A stretch of DNA of 64,000 nucleotides, taken from contig CALSNU010000001.1 in assembly GCA_943787795.1 (NCBI GenBank), positions 1-64,000 of the forward strand, given 5' to 3'. Shown in pieces: positions 10,459 through 20,229 of the stretch (the stretch's first letter is position 1; every line of letters begins with the position of its first letter). Under the pieces are notes generated by a model, which was not told the origin of the DNA, searched no databases, and was given only the letters and a program-made list of their open reading frames with translations. Both the position numbers and the translations under genes were made by a program. Source of the DNA: an uncultured bacterium. GTDB taxonomy: Bacteria; Planctomycetota; UBA1135; GCA-002686595.

Positions 10459-11373
10459 TCATGACCCCGCCCGGAGGGCGGAGAGCGCGGCGCTGAGGTC
10501 GGGCGGCAGGGGGGCCTCGAAGGTGAGGCGCTCGCCGGTGCGGGGGTGATCGAAGCTCAGCCGCTCGGCGTGGAGGGCGAGGCGGACGCGGCCCCCCGGC
10601 AGGTCCACGTGGGCGCGGGTGCCGTAGAGGTTGTCGCCCGCGACGGGCAGACCCCGGGCCGTGAGGTGGACGCGGATCTGGTGGCGGCGACCGGTGCGGA
10701 TCGTGCAGGCGAGGAGCGCGTGCTGCGGGAACTGTTCCAGCACCTCGACCTCGGTCGTGGCCTCCTTGCCGTCGGCGTCGTCGATCATCTGCCGATCGGC
10801 CTTCCCCGGGACAGGCCCCAGCGGCGCGTCCACGATGAAGTTCCCTTCGGGGCGGCCGGTCGCCAGCGCGAGGTAGCGCTTGCCCACGGTGTGGGCACGG
10901 AACTGGTCCTGGAGGATCTTCAGGGTCTCCTCGTTGCGGGCGAAGACGAGCACGCCGCTGGTATCCCGGTCGAGGCGGTGCACCACGCCGGGCCGGTCCA
11001 CCCCACGGGAGGTGGGGAGCGGGCCGTGGAGGGCCTCCAGGTGGCCCGCGAGGTCAATGACCTTGGAGCGGTCGGCCGCGTGGGTCAACCAGCCCGCGGG
11101 CTTGACCACGACCAGGAAGTCGGGCTCCTCGTGCAGGATCGAGACCTGGGGTCCGGCCTCGGACCGCTCGCGGGCGACCTCCAGCACGGCGCCCTTCGCG
11201 ACCTTGCCGTTGGACCGGAGGACCTTGCGGCCGTTCAGGCGGACCTGCCCGCGGCGCACGAGCTTCTGGAGCTGGGCCTTGGAGAGGTCCCCGTGGAGCT
11301 GGTCGAGGACGCGGTCGAGGCGCTGTCCGGAGAGGGCGGCGGGGACCTCGATGCGGTCGTATTCGGGGGGCAT
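10459..11373 (-). CDS. RluA/RluD-family pseudouridine synthase with S4 domain
   Basis: RLDRVL S4 domain, VVKPAG, VHRLDRDTSG catalytic motif, TGRRHQIRVH, LALHA. Confidence 0.93.
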   Translation of the reverse strand: MPPEYDRIEVPAALSGQRLDRVLDQLHGDLSKAQLQKLVRRGQVRLNGRKVLRSNGKVAKGAVLEVARERSEAGPQVSILHEEPDFLVVVKPAGWLTHAADRSKVIDLAGHLEALHGPLPTSRGVDRPGVVHRLDRDTSGVLVFARNEETLKILQDQFRAHTVGKRYLALATGRPEGNFIVDAPLGPVPGKADRQMIDDADGKEATTEVEVLEQFPQHALLACTIRTGRRHQIRVHLTARGLPVAGDNLYGTRAHVDLPGGRVRLALHAERLSFDHPRTGERLTFEAPLPPDLSAALSALRAGS

Positions 11374-11547
11374 GGCGTGGCGCGCGGCGGAGCAGGGGCG
11401 CGGACAGGAGGGTATCCGATGGACGGGGTCGGCGCTGATCGCGGGGCTGGCCTGGCACGAGGGGCCCCAGGATCCACCTCGAATGAACAGGAGCGCGCGA
11501 GGCCATGGCCGCGCGCGCTCCCTTGATCGGGCTGGTGTGGTGCTCGG

Positions 11548-12474
11548 TCAGTCCTTGCGGAGGAAGTCCACGAGGTCCGTCTCGAGCTCTTCGAGGCCGT
11601 ACTCCTGCACGGTGAGGCAGCGGTACACGATGGTGGCGAGCGCCTCGGGGGTGTTCGGGTTGAGGTCCTTCGGCGGCGTGTAGCTGAGGAAGAAGCTCAG
11701 CGACAGGCGCTCGGTCTCTCCGCCCTGCTCCCTGCCGGCGTACTGCCACGGCACCTCGTCGAAGGGCAGGACGCCCGTGAGGATCTCGTAGAGCATCACG
11801 CCGATACCCATGACGTCCGCCTTGCTCTCCCGGAGGAGGAAGGGGTTGTAGTGGGGCGTCGTGGTGATGACGCCGCGCTCATCGGCGCGCATGGCGGGGT
11901 CCACCAGGACCACCGAGCCAGACGGCTTGACGATGATGTTCTCGGGCTTGAGGTCGCCGTGGTAGTCCATCGTGCCTGCGGCCTTGAGCTTCTGCAGGGA
12001 GCGGACAATGGTCAGGAACCAGTTGAGCCGGATGCCTTCGAGGGCGCGGATCTTCTCGCGCAGCGTCTTGCCGCGTACGAAGTCCATGACCATCACGGGG
12101 CGGCCGTCGTGTCGGAAGCAGTCGCGGACGGTGACCACGTTCGGGCTCTTGACCTCCTGGAGGAGCTCGGACTCCTCGCGGACGAGGTCATCGATCTCGT
12201 GGACGTCCAGGAAGTCAATGCGCACCCCGTCCTGTCGGAAGAAGATGGCCTCCGCCGGCGTCTCGTCAGGGCTGATGCCCTCGGCCTGACGCTTGTTCGT
12301 GATCTCCAAGAAGCGGGTCACGTAACGGCCGCCGCCGGCGACGTCCCCGATCTTGAGGGCGACCTTTTGGCCCTCCTCATCTTCAGCGAGGTAGACCAGC
12401 GAGAATCCGCCGCGTGCGATGAAGTCGAGCACTCGGTACGTGCCGATGCGTTCGCCTGCTTCGAGTTTGATCAT
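11548..12474 (-). CDS. Atypical soluble Hanks-type Ser/Thr protein kinase
   Basis: IARGGFSLVY, VALK, HGDLKPENI, DVMGIGVMLYEILTGVLPF; DFG replaced by DPA. Confidence 0.85.
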   Translation of the reverse strand: MIKLEAGERIGTYRVLDFIARGGFSLVYLAEDEEGQKVALKIGDVAGGGRYVTRFLEITNKRQAEGISPDETPAEAIFFRQDGVRIDFLDVHEIDDLVREESELLQEVKSPNVVTVRDCFRHDGRPVMVMDFVRGKTLREKIRALEGIRLNWFLTIVRSLQKLKAAGTMDYHGDLKPENIIVKPSGSVVLVDPAMRADERGVITTTPHYNPFLLRESKADVMGIGVMLYEILTGVLPFDEVPWQYAGREQGGETERLSLSFFLSYTPPKDLNPNTPEALATIVYRCLTVQEYGLEELETDLVDFLRKD

Positions 12475-12670
12475 CGAGACTGCCTCGGGATCCGGAGAGC
12501 GTGAAGGAGAGGGGTGCTGGGAGGACTGAAGTGAATGCGCGATGGGGGGCTGCTTGAGCGTGCCCGGAACCGCGCCTTCACTCCCTCATCGAGAGAATCG
12601 GGCCGGGGATTGAGGGAATACCGAGGTCGGTCTGCGCTCAAATCCGTCGGGCGGGGCCAGGGGGGGCGGG

Positions 12671-13111
12671 TTATCCGCCAATTCCGCCTGGCAGCCGGGC
12701 CCGTTCGGCCCGGGTTCGGGCCTCCAGCTGTTGGATCGGGAGCTCGGCCATCCGAGCCTCCTCACCGACCCCGAGGATCTGCTGGACGCCCTCCAGCACC
12801 GTTCCGGTGCCAAGCCAGGCGTCTTCCTCGTGGGGGATCCGCTTCCAGGAGCGCCCCAGGTGGTCGATCATTCCGACGTCCTGGTCCCAGGGATTGCGAA
12901 CCATGAAGAAGAACTCCTCGGGATCGCTCTGGCCGGCGAAGCGCACCACGGAGCCCAGGAAGGACTTCCCATCTTCGACGACCCAGGCGCGCTCGGCGGG
13001 GACGACCGAGATGAGGGCGCCTCTGGTCTCGACGGCCCCCACGGTCGTGGTCGAGGTGACGCAGCCGGCCACGAAGAGGCCTAGCCAGGGGAGCAGCGAA
13101 GAGGGGCGCAT
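12671..13111 (-). CDS. Hypothetical lipoprotein
   Basis: MRPSSLLPWLGLFVAGC lipobox; 3' part of the 385-aa ORF whose 5' part is antisense to map. Confidence 0.75.
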   Translation of the reverse strand: MRPSSLLPWLGLFVAGCVTSTTTVGAVETRGALISVVPAERAWVVEDGKSFLGSVVRFAGQSDPEEFFFMVRNPWDQDVGMIDHLGRSWKRIPHEEDAWLGTGTVLEGVQQILGVGEEARMAELPIQQLEARTRAERARLPGGIGG

Positions 13112-13222
13112 GGGGGAAATCAGGCCGGGGAGTGTCTCGGGCGGAGGATCCCCGCTTCTTCCGGTGATCCACCGGCGACATCTCCTCCCGACGGGAGAGC
13201 CATCGGCGGTAACATCCCTTCG

Positions 13223-14116
13223 ATGAACGACGAAGGTCTGGAAAAGACGCGGCGTGCCGGGAAGATCGCCGCCGCGTGTCGAGAGTGGGCCCGGGGTGCG
13301 ATCCAGCCCGGCGTAGAGCTGCGCCACGTGCTCGAGACGATCGAGTCGATGATCCGGGAGGCCGGAGCGGCGCCCGCCTTCCCGGCGCAGACTTCTCGTA
13401 ACGAGTGCGCGGCCCACTACTGCTCTGCTCCGGAGGACACGATGGTGTACGAGGAGGGCGACGTGGTGAAGGTCGACATGGGGGTCCACGTGGACGGGTG
13501 GATCGCCGACACCGCCTGCACGGTTGACCTGTCCGGGAACGGCGAGAACGCGGACCTGATCGGCGCCTCTGCCGATGCGCTCGCCGCGGCCATCGCTCTT
13601 GTCGAGCCTGGGCGTCCGGTCTCCGAGATCGGCGCCGCTGTGGAGCGGACCATCACCCGCGCCGGCTTCGAGCCCGTCCGGAACCTGACCGGGCATGGCC
13701 TCGATCGATGGAAGGTGCATTGCGCGCCCCAGATCCCCAGTTACGGGGAGCGGGGTGGAGGTCGCCTCCAGGAAGGATCGGTCATCGCCATCGAACCCTT
13801 CGCTTGCACCGGGCGTGGCTTCATCCACGAGGCGGGCAAGGCCGAGGTCTTCATGCTCGTCCGCCCCCCGCGGAAGGCCAAGGGCATCGACAAGCAGGTC
13901 CTGCGCGCGATGCAGGGCTGGAAGGGGCTCCCGATCGCCCGGCGGTACTTCAACGAGCTCGATCGTGAGGTGCTCGAGGACACCATCTCCAAGCTGGCGA
14001 AGCAGGGGTCACTGGTCCGCTACCCGCCCCTCGTCGAGCAGCCTGGCGTCCTCGTGGCGCAGACCGAGCACACGCTGCACGTGGCCTCGAGCGGCGTCGA
14101 GATCATCACGGCCTGA
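13223..14116 (+). CDS. map: Methionine aminopeptidase, type 2 (archaeal/eukaryotic type)
   Basis: AFPAQ, AAHY, KVDMGVHVDGWIADTA, NLTGH, IAIEPFA, helical insert (LPIARRYF...YPPLVE), VAQTEHT. Confidence 0.92.
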   Translation: MNDEGLEKTRRAGKIAAACREWARGAIQPGVELRHVLETIESMIREAGAAPAFPAQTSRNECAAHYCSAPEDTMVYEEGDVVKVDMGVHVDGWIADTACTVDLSGNGENADLIGASADALAAAIALVEPGRPVSEIGAAVERTITRAGFEPVRNLTGHGLDRWKVHCAPQIPSYGERGGGRLQEGSVIAIEPFACTGRGFIHEAGKAEVFMLVRPPRKAKGIDKQVLRAMQGWKGLPIARRYFNELDREVLEDTISKLAKQGSLVRYPPLVEQPGVLVAQTEHTLHVASSGVEIITA

Positions 14117-14183
14117 TCCGGCGCTGCTCTCGGCGGAGTGCCTAGCCGTTGAGGGGTATACCCTTATGTGCTAGCCTGGCCGC

Positions 14184-16428
14184 GTGATCACGCGCCTCAC
14201 TCGAGAGGGGAGTCCTGCGGTCGCTCGATCTCTCGCGGACCTTCTCGCCGAGCGCACACGCGGCCGGAGTGGTCTGGCCCCTGTCGGGGGAGAGGTCCAG
14301 CGGCTCTGTCTGGCGTTGTGTGGCGCGGTGGAGGCCCTCCATGCGAGCGGCAAGGCCCACGGCGCCCTGCGCCCCTCGGTCTTTCAACTGAGCGTCGATG
14401 GGGCCGTGACTCTGCTCCCGGCCACCACGTCATCTGCGCGAGTCACGGTGCTCAGGTATGCGTCCCCCGAGGTCGCGGGCGGGTCGACGCCGACGCTGGC
14501 GTCAGACACCTTCTCCCTCGCCCTCGTGTTGTTCGAGGTCCTCGCGGGCGTGCCGTCGCGCATGGGTTCAGAGCAGGAGATCACGGCGCAGGCAGAGGAC
14601 GGACGGGTTCCGGTGCCCGAAGGGCTCCCTGAGCGTCTCTCTGGCCTCGCGGTGCGCTCAACCGCGGCCGAGCCGGGCCATCGGCCCACTCCAGCTCAGT
14701 GGCGGGCCGCGTTCGAGCGGCCCACGCCTGCCGGGATCCCAAGGAACATCACCCTGCTCCTCGGTACATGCGTGCTGGCGCTGGGGGCTGTCATGGGCGC
14801 CACGCAGAAGAGCGCCTCGGAGGCGCGTGAGCTCACCGCGAGCCAGCTGGACGACGCGCGTCTCACCTTCGACAAGCTGCTGATCGGGACCTTTGATGAG
14901 CTCGAGCGGGTACAGGACATCGGCCCGCTCGCGGCCGTCGGGGCGCGCGCCCTCGCGTCCATCGAAGCCGCAGATCAAGCGGGGGAGCTGGACGATCGAG
15001 AGTCGTTGGCCGTGGCCCTGGTCTGGAACGGACGTGCGCAGCGGCTCCTCGGTGCTGAACCTGAGGCCACGCAGTACTTCAAGCGAGCCATCGATGTCGC
15101 GTCTGAACTGCCGGAGAGCCCGTTGGCGGCCGAGGGTGAGATCGCGGCCAGGGTGGGCCTGGGTGAGCTGGCGGTCGCGGGGCGGGACTTCAAGGCTGCG
15201 CGAGCTCACTTCATCAGAGCGATCGAGCTGTGTGAGCGGGCCATCGAGGGGGGGCTCGCAGATCGTGCCCTTCGGCTGACCCATGTGCGCGCGTTGATCA
15301 GCCTCGGGGACGTGGTGATGTCGACGGGGAAGTCCAGCGCGGCGAATGCTCTGCGGCTCTTCCGTCGCGCGCGCAGAGCGCTGGAGGACCCCGAGGGCGG
15401 AGTGGACACGGGGTCGTTGGAGGTGCTCGCCCTGCGCTGCGATCTACGCAAGCTCGAGGCCAACATGGCGTTCCAAGCGGGAGAGCGGGGAGCTGTCGTG
15501 GACCTCCTGAAGGAACATGTCGAACTCGCCCAGGAACTGATCGAGGGGGACCCGGGCTCCGCGCGCGCCCGCCGCAACCTCGCCCGCGGCGCGGACCTGC
15601 TGGCGAGGACCCAGCGGGAACTCGGGCAGCTCGTCGACGCGATCGAGTCTCACCGGATCTCCGTGGAGGCCTGGCGCCTCCTCCGGGAGATGGAGCCGGG
15701 GAACGTCACCTGGCAGCGGGAGTGGGCGAGGTCGACCTCCCGGCTGGCCCACTCGCTGCGTGTCCTCGGGAAGGGAGAGGAGTCCTTCCGGTTGCACCGA
15801 GCCAGCATTGATCTGTTGGTGGTGCTGATGGCGGCCGGAGATCTCTCCCGATCGTTCTCCCTGGACGTGATGCAGCAGCAGCTGAGCTGTGCCGAGGGCC
15901 ATCTGGCGGCGGGGGGCGCTGCGGAAGGCCCGCAGCGAGCTCCGTGAGCTTCGGTCGCGGCTCGCCAAGGCCGCACCCGCGTCCTCGGAGATGCGCCGGG
16001 GCGGCGACATCAGGATTCGTATCAGCCTCGTGGAGGCCGAGCTCTTGCTCGCCGAGGGGCGGTGGGCGGCCGCGAGATCGAAGTCGCTCGACGTCATGGC
16101 GGCGATCCAGGCCGAGGCGATGGGGGGACGTGATCGCAGGCTGAGGTTAGACCGGGCACGGGCGCTGCTGGTGAGCGGCTCTGTGGCGGAGTCAGAAGGA
16201 GCGACAGAGCTCGCGGCCAGCAGTCGTGAGCGGGCCATGAACCTGCTCGGTGAACTGCAGGCGGAGCGTCCGTCGGACCCCGAGCTCTTGTTGTTGCGGG
16301 CACGAACGCTCTTCGTCATGGGGCGGGGAGCGGAGGCCGATCAAGCGGTCATGGCTCTCGATGCGCTGGGAGTGACGGACGCGCGACTCACTGCGATGAG
16401 CGTCGCGGCGAGTCAACGGCGTCGGTGA
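14184..16428 (+). CDS. Pseudokinase + transmembrane helix + TPR-like protein, frameshifted in the G6 run at 15911-15916
   Basis: HGALRP, YASPE, SDTFSLALVLFEVLAG, TM helix and TPR-like repeats; deleting one G joins ORFs 14184-15947 and 15889-16428 (HLAAGALRKARSEL). Confidence 0.7.
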
Positions 16429-16711
16429 ACAGACCTGTCGCCCCTCCACGCTGGGGCCGGACTGGCGCGGTGGCACCGGGTGCGTGGTCTCGAGGCAAGG
16501 GGTCGCCTGGTTTCGAGGCAAGAACGGGCGCGAGCCTGCCGATGGTCCTCTCACCAGGGCGCTCGGTAGCCTGCCTTCAAGCCTCGATACCTGTGATGTT
16601 CAGGGCAGCACACCGTCGCCCTGGTGTACCCCGCACAAGGGTCGCGCCAGGGACTCACCCGGCTTCGACCGTCTTACAAGGCGTCGACGGATTCGCCTGG
16701 CGCTGACGGAC

Positions 16712-17215
16712 TCACCCGGCGCTCACGGGGCGCTCGAGCATCGCGACCTCGGACTCGGGATCGTAGGGCCGCTTTCGAGCCACCTCCGTGAACCCAAGGT
16801 GGGCGTGGAATCGGAGCGAGCGATCGTTGGCGGGGACGGTGTTCACCTCGGCGCAGAAGACCGGCCGCGCGCCAGCGCGGGCGCGCGAGACGGCCTCGCG
16901 GTAGAGCGCCTGGCCGATGCCGAGGCTGCGATGCGATGCGTCGACAGCGATCCTGTCCACATAGTAGAAGCTCGCGTGTCGCTCGCCGAACCAGCGGTAG
17001 TTGGGGCTCCCGTAGTCCGCTCCCTCGGTCAAGAAGACGGCGAATGCCGCCACCTGGCCGTCCACCTCGACGACGGGTAGCCAGGCGGCGCTGGCTGCGA
17101 AGGCAGCCAGCTTGGTGGCGTCCATCTCGCCGACCTCGGGGATGTTGGCGGCGTTGATGTCGAGGACCGCGGCCGCGTCCTCGGCCCGGTAGTCGCGAAT
17201 CGTGAAGGTGCTCAT
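16712..17215 (-). CDS. GNAT-family N-acetyltransferase
   Basis: YVDRIAVDASHRSLGIGQALY, CAEVN...N..SLRFHAHLGF. Confidence 0.88.
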   Translation of the reverse strand: MSTFTIRDYRAEDAAAVLDINAANIPEVGEMDATKLAAFAASAAWLPVVEVDGQVAAFAVFLTEGADYGSPNYRWFGERHASFYYVDRIAVDASHRSLGIGQALYREAVSRARAGARPVFCAEVNTVPANDRSLRFHAHLGFTEVARKRPYDPESEVAMLERPVSAG

Positions 17216-17222
17216 GAGGAGC

Positions 17223-19886
17223 TCAGCGCAGGCCCTTGAGGTGGGCGAGGAGGGCCAGGGCTTCCATCGGCGTGGTCGCCTCGACGTCGACCTCGTCCAC
17301 GGCCTTCTCCAGGTCGGACGGTTCGTTGTCGAAGAGCCCCAGCTGCATGCCGGGAGGGAGCTCGAAGGCCGCGAAGCGGGCGGGGTCGAGGACCCTGCCG
17401 CCGAGATCCTCGGACTCTCGCTCGATGTTCTTGAGCACGGCTCGGGCTCGTTCGATCAGCTCGGACGGCACCCCCGCGAGGCGCGCGACCTGGATGCCGT
17501 AGGAGCGATCGGTCCCACCCTCGACGATCTGGTGGAGGAAGACGATCTCATCGTCCCACTCGCGCACCGCGACCGAGAGGTTATGGACCCCCGCGAGTTC
17601 TCCGGAGAGCTCGGTGAGCTGGTGGTAGTGGGTGGCGAAGAGGGTGCGTGCGCGCACATGCTCGTGCAGGTGCTCGACGATGGCCCAGGCCAGCGCGAGG
17701 CCGTCGAACGTGCTCGTCCCGCGGCCGACCTCGTCAAGGACCACCAGGCTCTTCGCCCCGGCGTTGTTGAGGATGTTGGCGATCTCCACCATCTCGACCA
17801 TGAAGGTCGAGGCGCCGCGGGAGAGGTCGTCGGCGGAGCCGATGCGCGTGAAGATCCGGTCGCAGACCCCAACCTTGGCAGAGGCGGCCGGAACAAAGGA
17901 GCCGATCTGGGCCAGGAGGACGATCAGGGCGGTCTGGCGGATATAGGTCGACTTACCCGCCATGTTGGGCCCGGTGATGATCCCCACGCTGCGCTTCTTG
18001 CGATCGAGCGAGGTGTCGTTGGGGACGAAGGTGACGTCGGTCTGGGTGGCCTCGATCACGGGGTGGCGACCGGACTCGATCTCGATGCCGTCGCCGCCGT
18101 CCACGCTGGGAGCACAGTACCTCCGCGCGGCCGCGGTCTGTGCGAGGCCGGCCAGCACGTCCACCTCGGCGAGGGCTCGCGCGGTGACGAGGATGCGCGG
18201 CACCTCGAGCGCGACCTCCTCCTTGAGCGCCTGGAAGATGTCGTACTCCAGGTCCTTCGCACGCTCCTCGGCGCGCAGCACCTTGTCCTCGAACTCCTTC
18301 AGCTCAGGCGTGATGTAGCGCTCGGCGTTCTTGAGGGTCTGCTTTCGGACGAACTCCGGCGGGACCTGGGCGACCTGCCCCCGGGGCACCTCCAGGAAGT
18401 AGCCGAACACGCTGTTGAAGCCGATCTTGAGGCCCGGGATCCCGTAGCGCTCGATGGCCTCGGCCTGAAAGCGCGCCATCCAGGCCTTCCCGTCGCCCGC
18501 GATCTGACGGAGCTCGTCGAGGTCGGGGTCGACCCCGGTGGCGATGACCCCACCCTCCTTGATGGTCATCGGGGGAGCGTCCACCACGCGGGTGTCGATG
18601 GCCCCGATGACGTCCTCGAGGGGATCCAGGGCGACCCGGAGGTCACCGAGGGCCTTGGAGAAGACGGCGTCCAGCTTGGCCACGAGGGGGGCCACAACGC
18701 GGAGCGACCCGGCCAGTGCCACCAGGTCCCGGGCGTTGACGCGGCCTGTCGCGACCTTGGCCACGAGGCGCTCGATGTCCAGCACGCTGTTCAGGTGCTC
18801 ACGCACCTCTTCGCGCAGGAAGGGGGCGTCCACGAACTCGGCCACGCCGCGCTGCCTGTGGAGGATGAGCTCGACGTCGCGCAGGGGGGTCAGGAGCCAG
18901 TCGCGCATCAGGCGGCCGCCCATGGGCGTCAGCGTGGCGTCGATCGTGTCCAGCAGCGAGCCCTCTCGACGGGCGCCGCGCTGGGTCTGCGTCAGCTCCA
19001 GGCAGGAGCGGGTCGCGCGGTCGAGGACCAGGTGCTGGCCGGTATCCACGCGCTCGAGTCGCAGCAGGTGCTCGCAGCTCCCCCGCTGGGTCTCCAGGGC
19101 ATACTCGACCGCGGCGCCCGCGGCGCACACCCCGAGGTCGTCGTCGTCGAAGCCGAAGCCCTCCAGGGTCTTCACCTTGAACTGTTCAAAGAGCACGCGG
19201 CGGCAGGTGTCTCTGGCGAAGCGCCAGGGTTCCCGCCAGGTGATTCGCTGGGCGAGGTCCAGCTGCAGCTGTTCGGCCAGCTCGGGTGCCGTGCGGGGGA
19301 GATCCTCGGGGACGAGCAGCTCCGCCGGAGCGATGCGCGCAAGCTCATCGACGACACGGTCCAGCGAGACGTCGCAGGCGGCGGCGCGACCCGTCGAGAG
19401 GTCCACCCAGGCGAGGCCGGCGCGTCCCCCGTCGAGGAGCAGCGAAGCGAGGTAGTTACTCGCCCGTGAGTCGAGTTCGTCCTCCTCGGTGATCGTCCCG
19501 GCGGTGACCACGCGCACGATGCCGCGGTCCACGATGCCCTTGGTCGTCCGCGGGTCTCCCGTCTGCTCGCACACCGCGACCTTGTGCCCGGCCCGGACCA
19601 GCCGCATGAGGTAGGGCTCCATGGACTTCACGGGGACGCCTGCCATGGGCATGGCGTCCGCCCCCTTGGCTCGTGACGTGAGCGCGATGCCCAGCTCGCG
19701 GCTTGCGACCTCGGCGTCGGTCCCGAAGAGCTCGTAGAAGTCGCCCATGCGGAAGAACAGCAGGGCGTCGCCAGCCTCTCGCTTCGCAGCGTGAAACTGA
19801 TCCATCATCGTCACCTTCGGCTTCTTGCCGGAGTCGCGCTGGGTCTTCGCGGAGGACGTGGTCGTGGGATGTTCGGTGCTCGTCAT
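17223..19886 (-). CDS. mutS: DNA mismatch repair protein MutS
   Basis: FFRMGDFYELF, ITGPNMAGKSTYIRQ, STFMVEM, LDEVGRGTSTFDG, FATHYH, SYGIQVARLAG; start at MTSTEH is inferred. Confidence 0.97.
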   Translation of the reverse strand: MTSTEHPTTTSSAKTQRDSGKKPKVTMMDQFHAAKREAGDALLFFRMGDFYELFGTDAEVASRELGIALTSRAKGADAMPMAGVPVKSMEPYLMRLVRAGHKVAVCEQTGDPRTTKGIVDRGIVRVVTAGTITEEDELDSRASNYLASLLLDGGRAGLAWVDLSTGRAAACDVSLDRVVDELARIAPAELLVPEDLPRTAPELAEQLQLDLAQRITWREPWRFARDTCRRVLFEQFKVKTLEGFGFDDDDLGVCAAGAAVEYALETQRGSCEHLLRLERVDTGQHLVLDRATRSCLELTQTQRGARREGSLLDTIDATLTPMGGRLMRDWLLTPLRDVELILHRQRGVAEFVDAPFLREEVREHLNSVLDIERLVAKVATGRVNARDLVALAGSLRVVAPLVAKLDAVFSKALGDLRVALDPLEDVIGAIDTRVVDAPPMTIKEGGVIATGVDPDLDELRQIAGDGKAWMARFQAEAIERYGIPGLKIGFNSVFGYFLEVPRGQVAQVPPEFVRKQTLKNAERYITPELKEFEDKVLRAEERAKDLEYDIFQALKEEVALEVPRILVTARALAEVDVLAGLAQTAAARRYCAPSVDGGDGIEIESGRHPVIEATQTDVTFVPNDTSLDRKKRSVGIITGPNMAGKSTYIRQTALIVLLAQIGSFVPAASAKVGVCDRIFTRIGSADDLSRGASTFMVEMVEIANILNNAGAKSLVVLDEVGRGTSTFDGLALAWAIVEHLHEHVRARTLFATHYHQLTELSGELAGVHNLSVAVREWDDEIVFLHQIVEGGTDRSYGIQVARLAGVPSELIERARAVLKNIERESEDLGGRVLDPARFAAFELPPGMQLGLFDNEPSDLEKAVDEVDVEATTPMEALALLAHLKGLR

Positions 19887-20229
19887 AGGCCTCGTTGCAA
19901 GAATGTAACCGAGCGCGGCCGCTTGCCCCGCACTTGTAGGGGGCACCGTGCTCGGCCCCTCGCTGGACGTCCCGTGGGCTCCGAGCGGATTCGCTCCCCG
20001 CATGCCTCCTGGGTGCGCCCGCCCGACCCCTTCGAGTCGGTCCTCCACTTCTCGTCGGCGACCCCTTCTCGTCGGCCGCCCTGTCGGCGCGGTCCACCTG
20101 CCGAGCCAGCCCGCCCTGGGGGCGCGGACTTTTGAGGGCAGAGCGGACCTGCATGTCTTATTGTCACTCCAAGAGCCAACTCGCTGCCTCTCCGGACCTA
20201 TCCCCGGCGAGGAATCAGGCTCCTTCAAC

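Noticed and set aside
14142..14174. Palindrome GGGTATACCC within an imperfect hairpin as an operator
   Set aside because: Single short occurrence with no cognate regulator nearby.
17202..19469. Long antisense ORFs (755 aa here, 988 aa at 28844, 612 aa at 3992 and others)
   Set aside because: They are shadow frames opposite well-supported genes, as expected in high-GC DNA.
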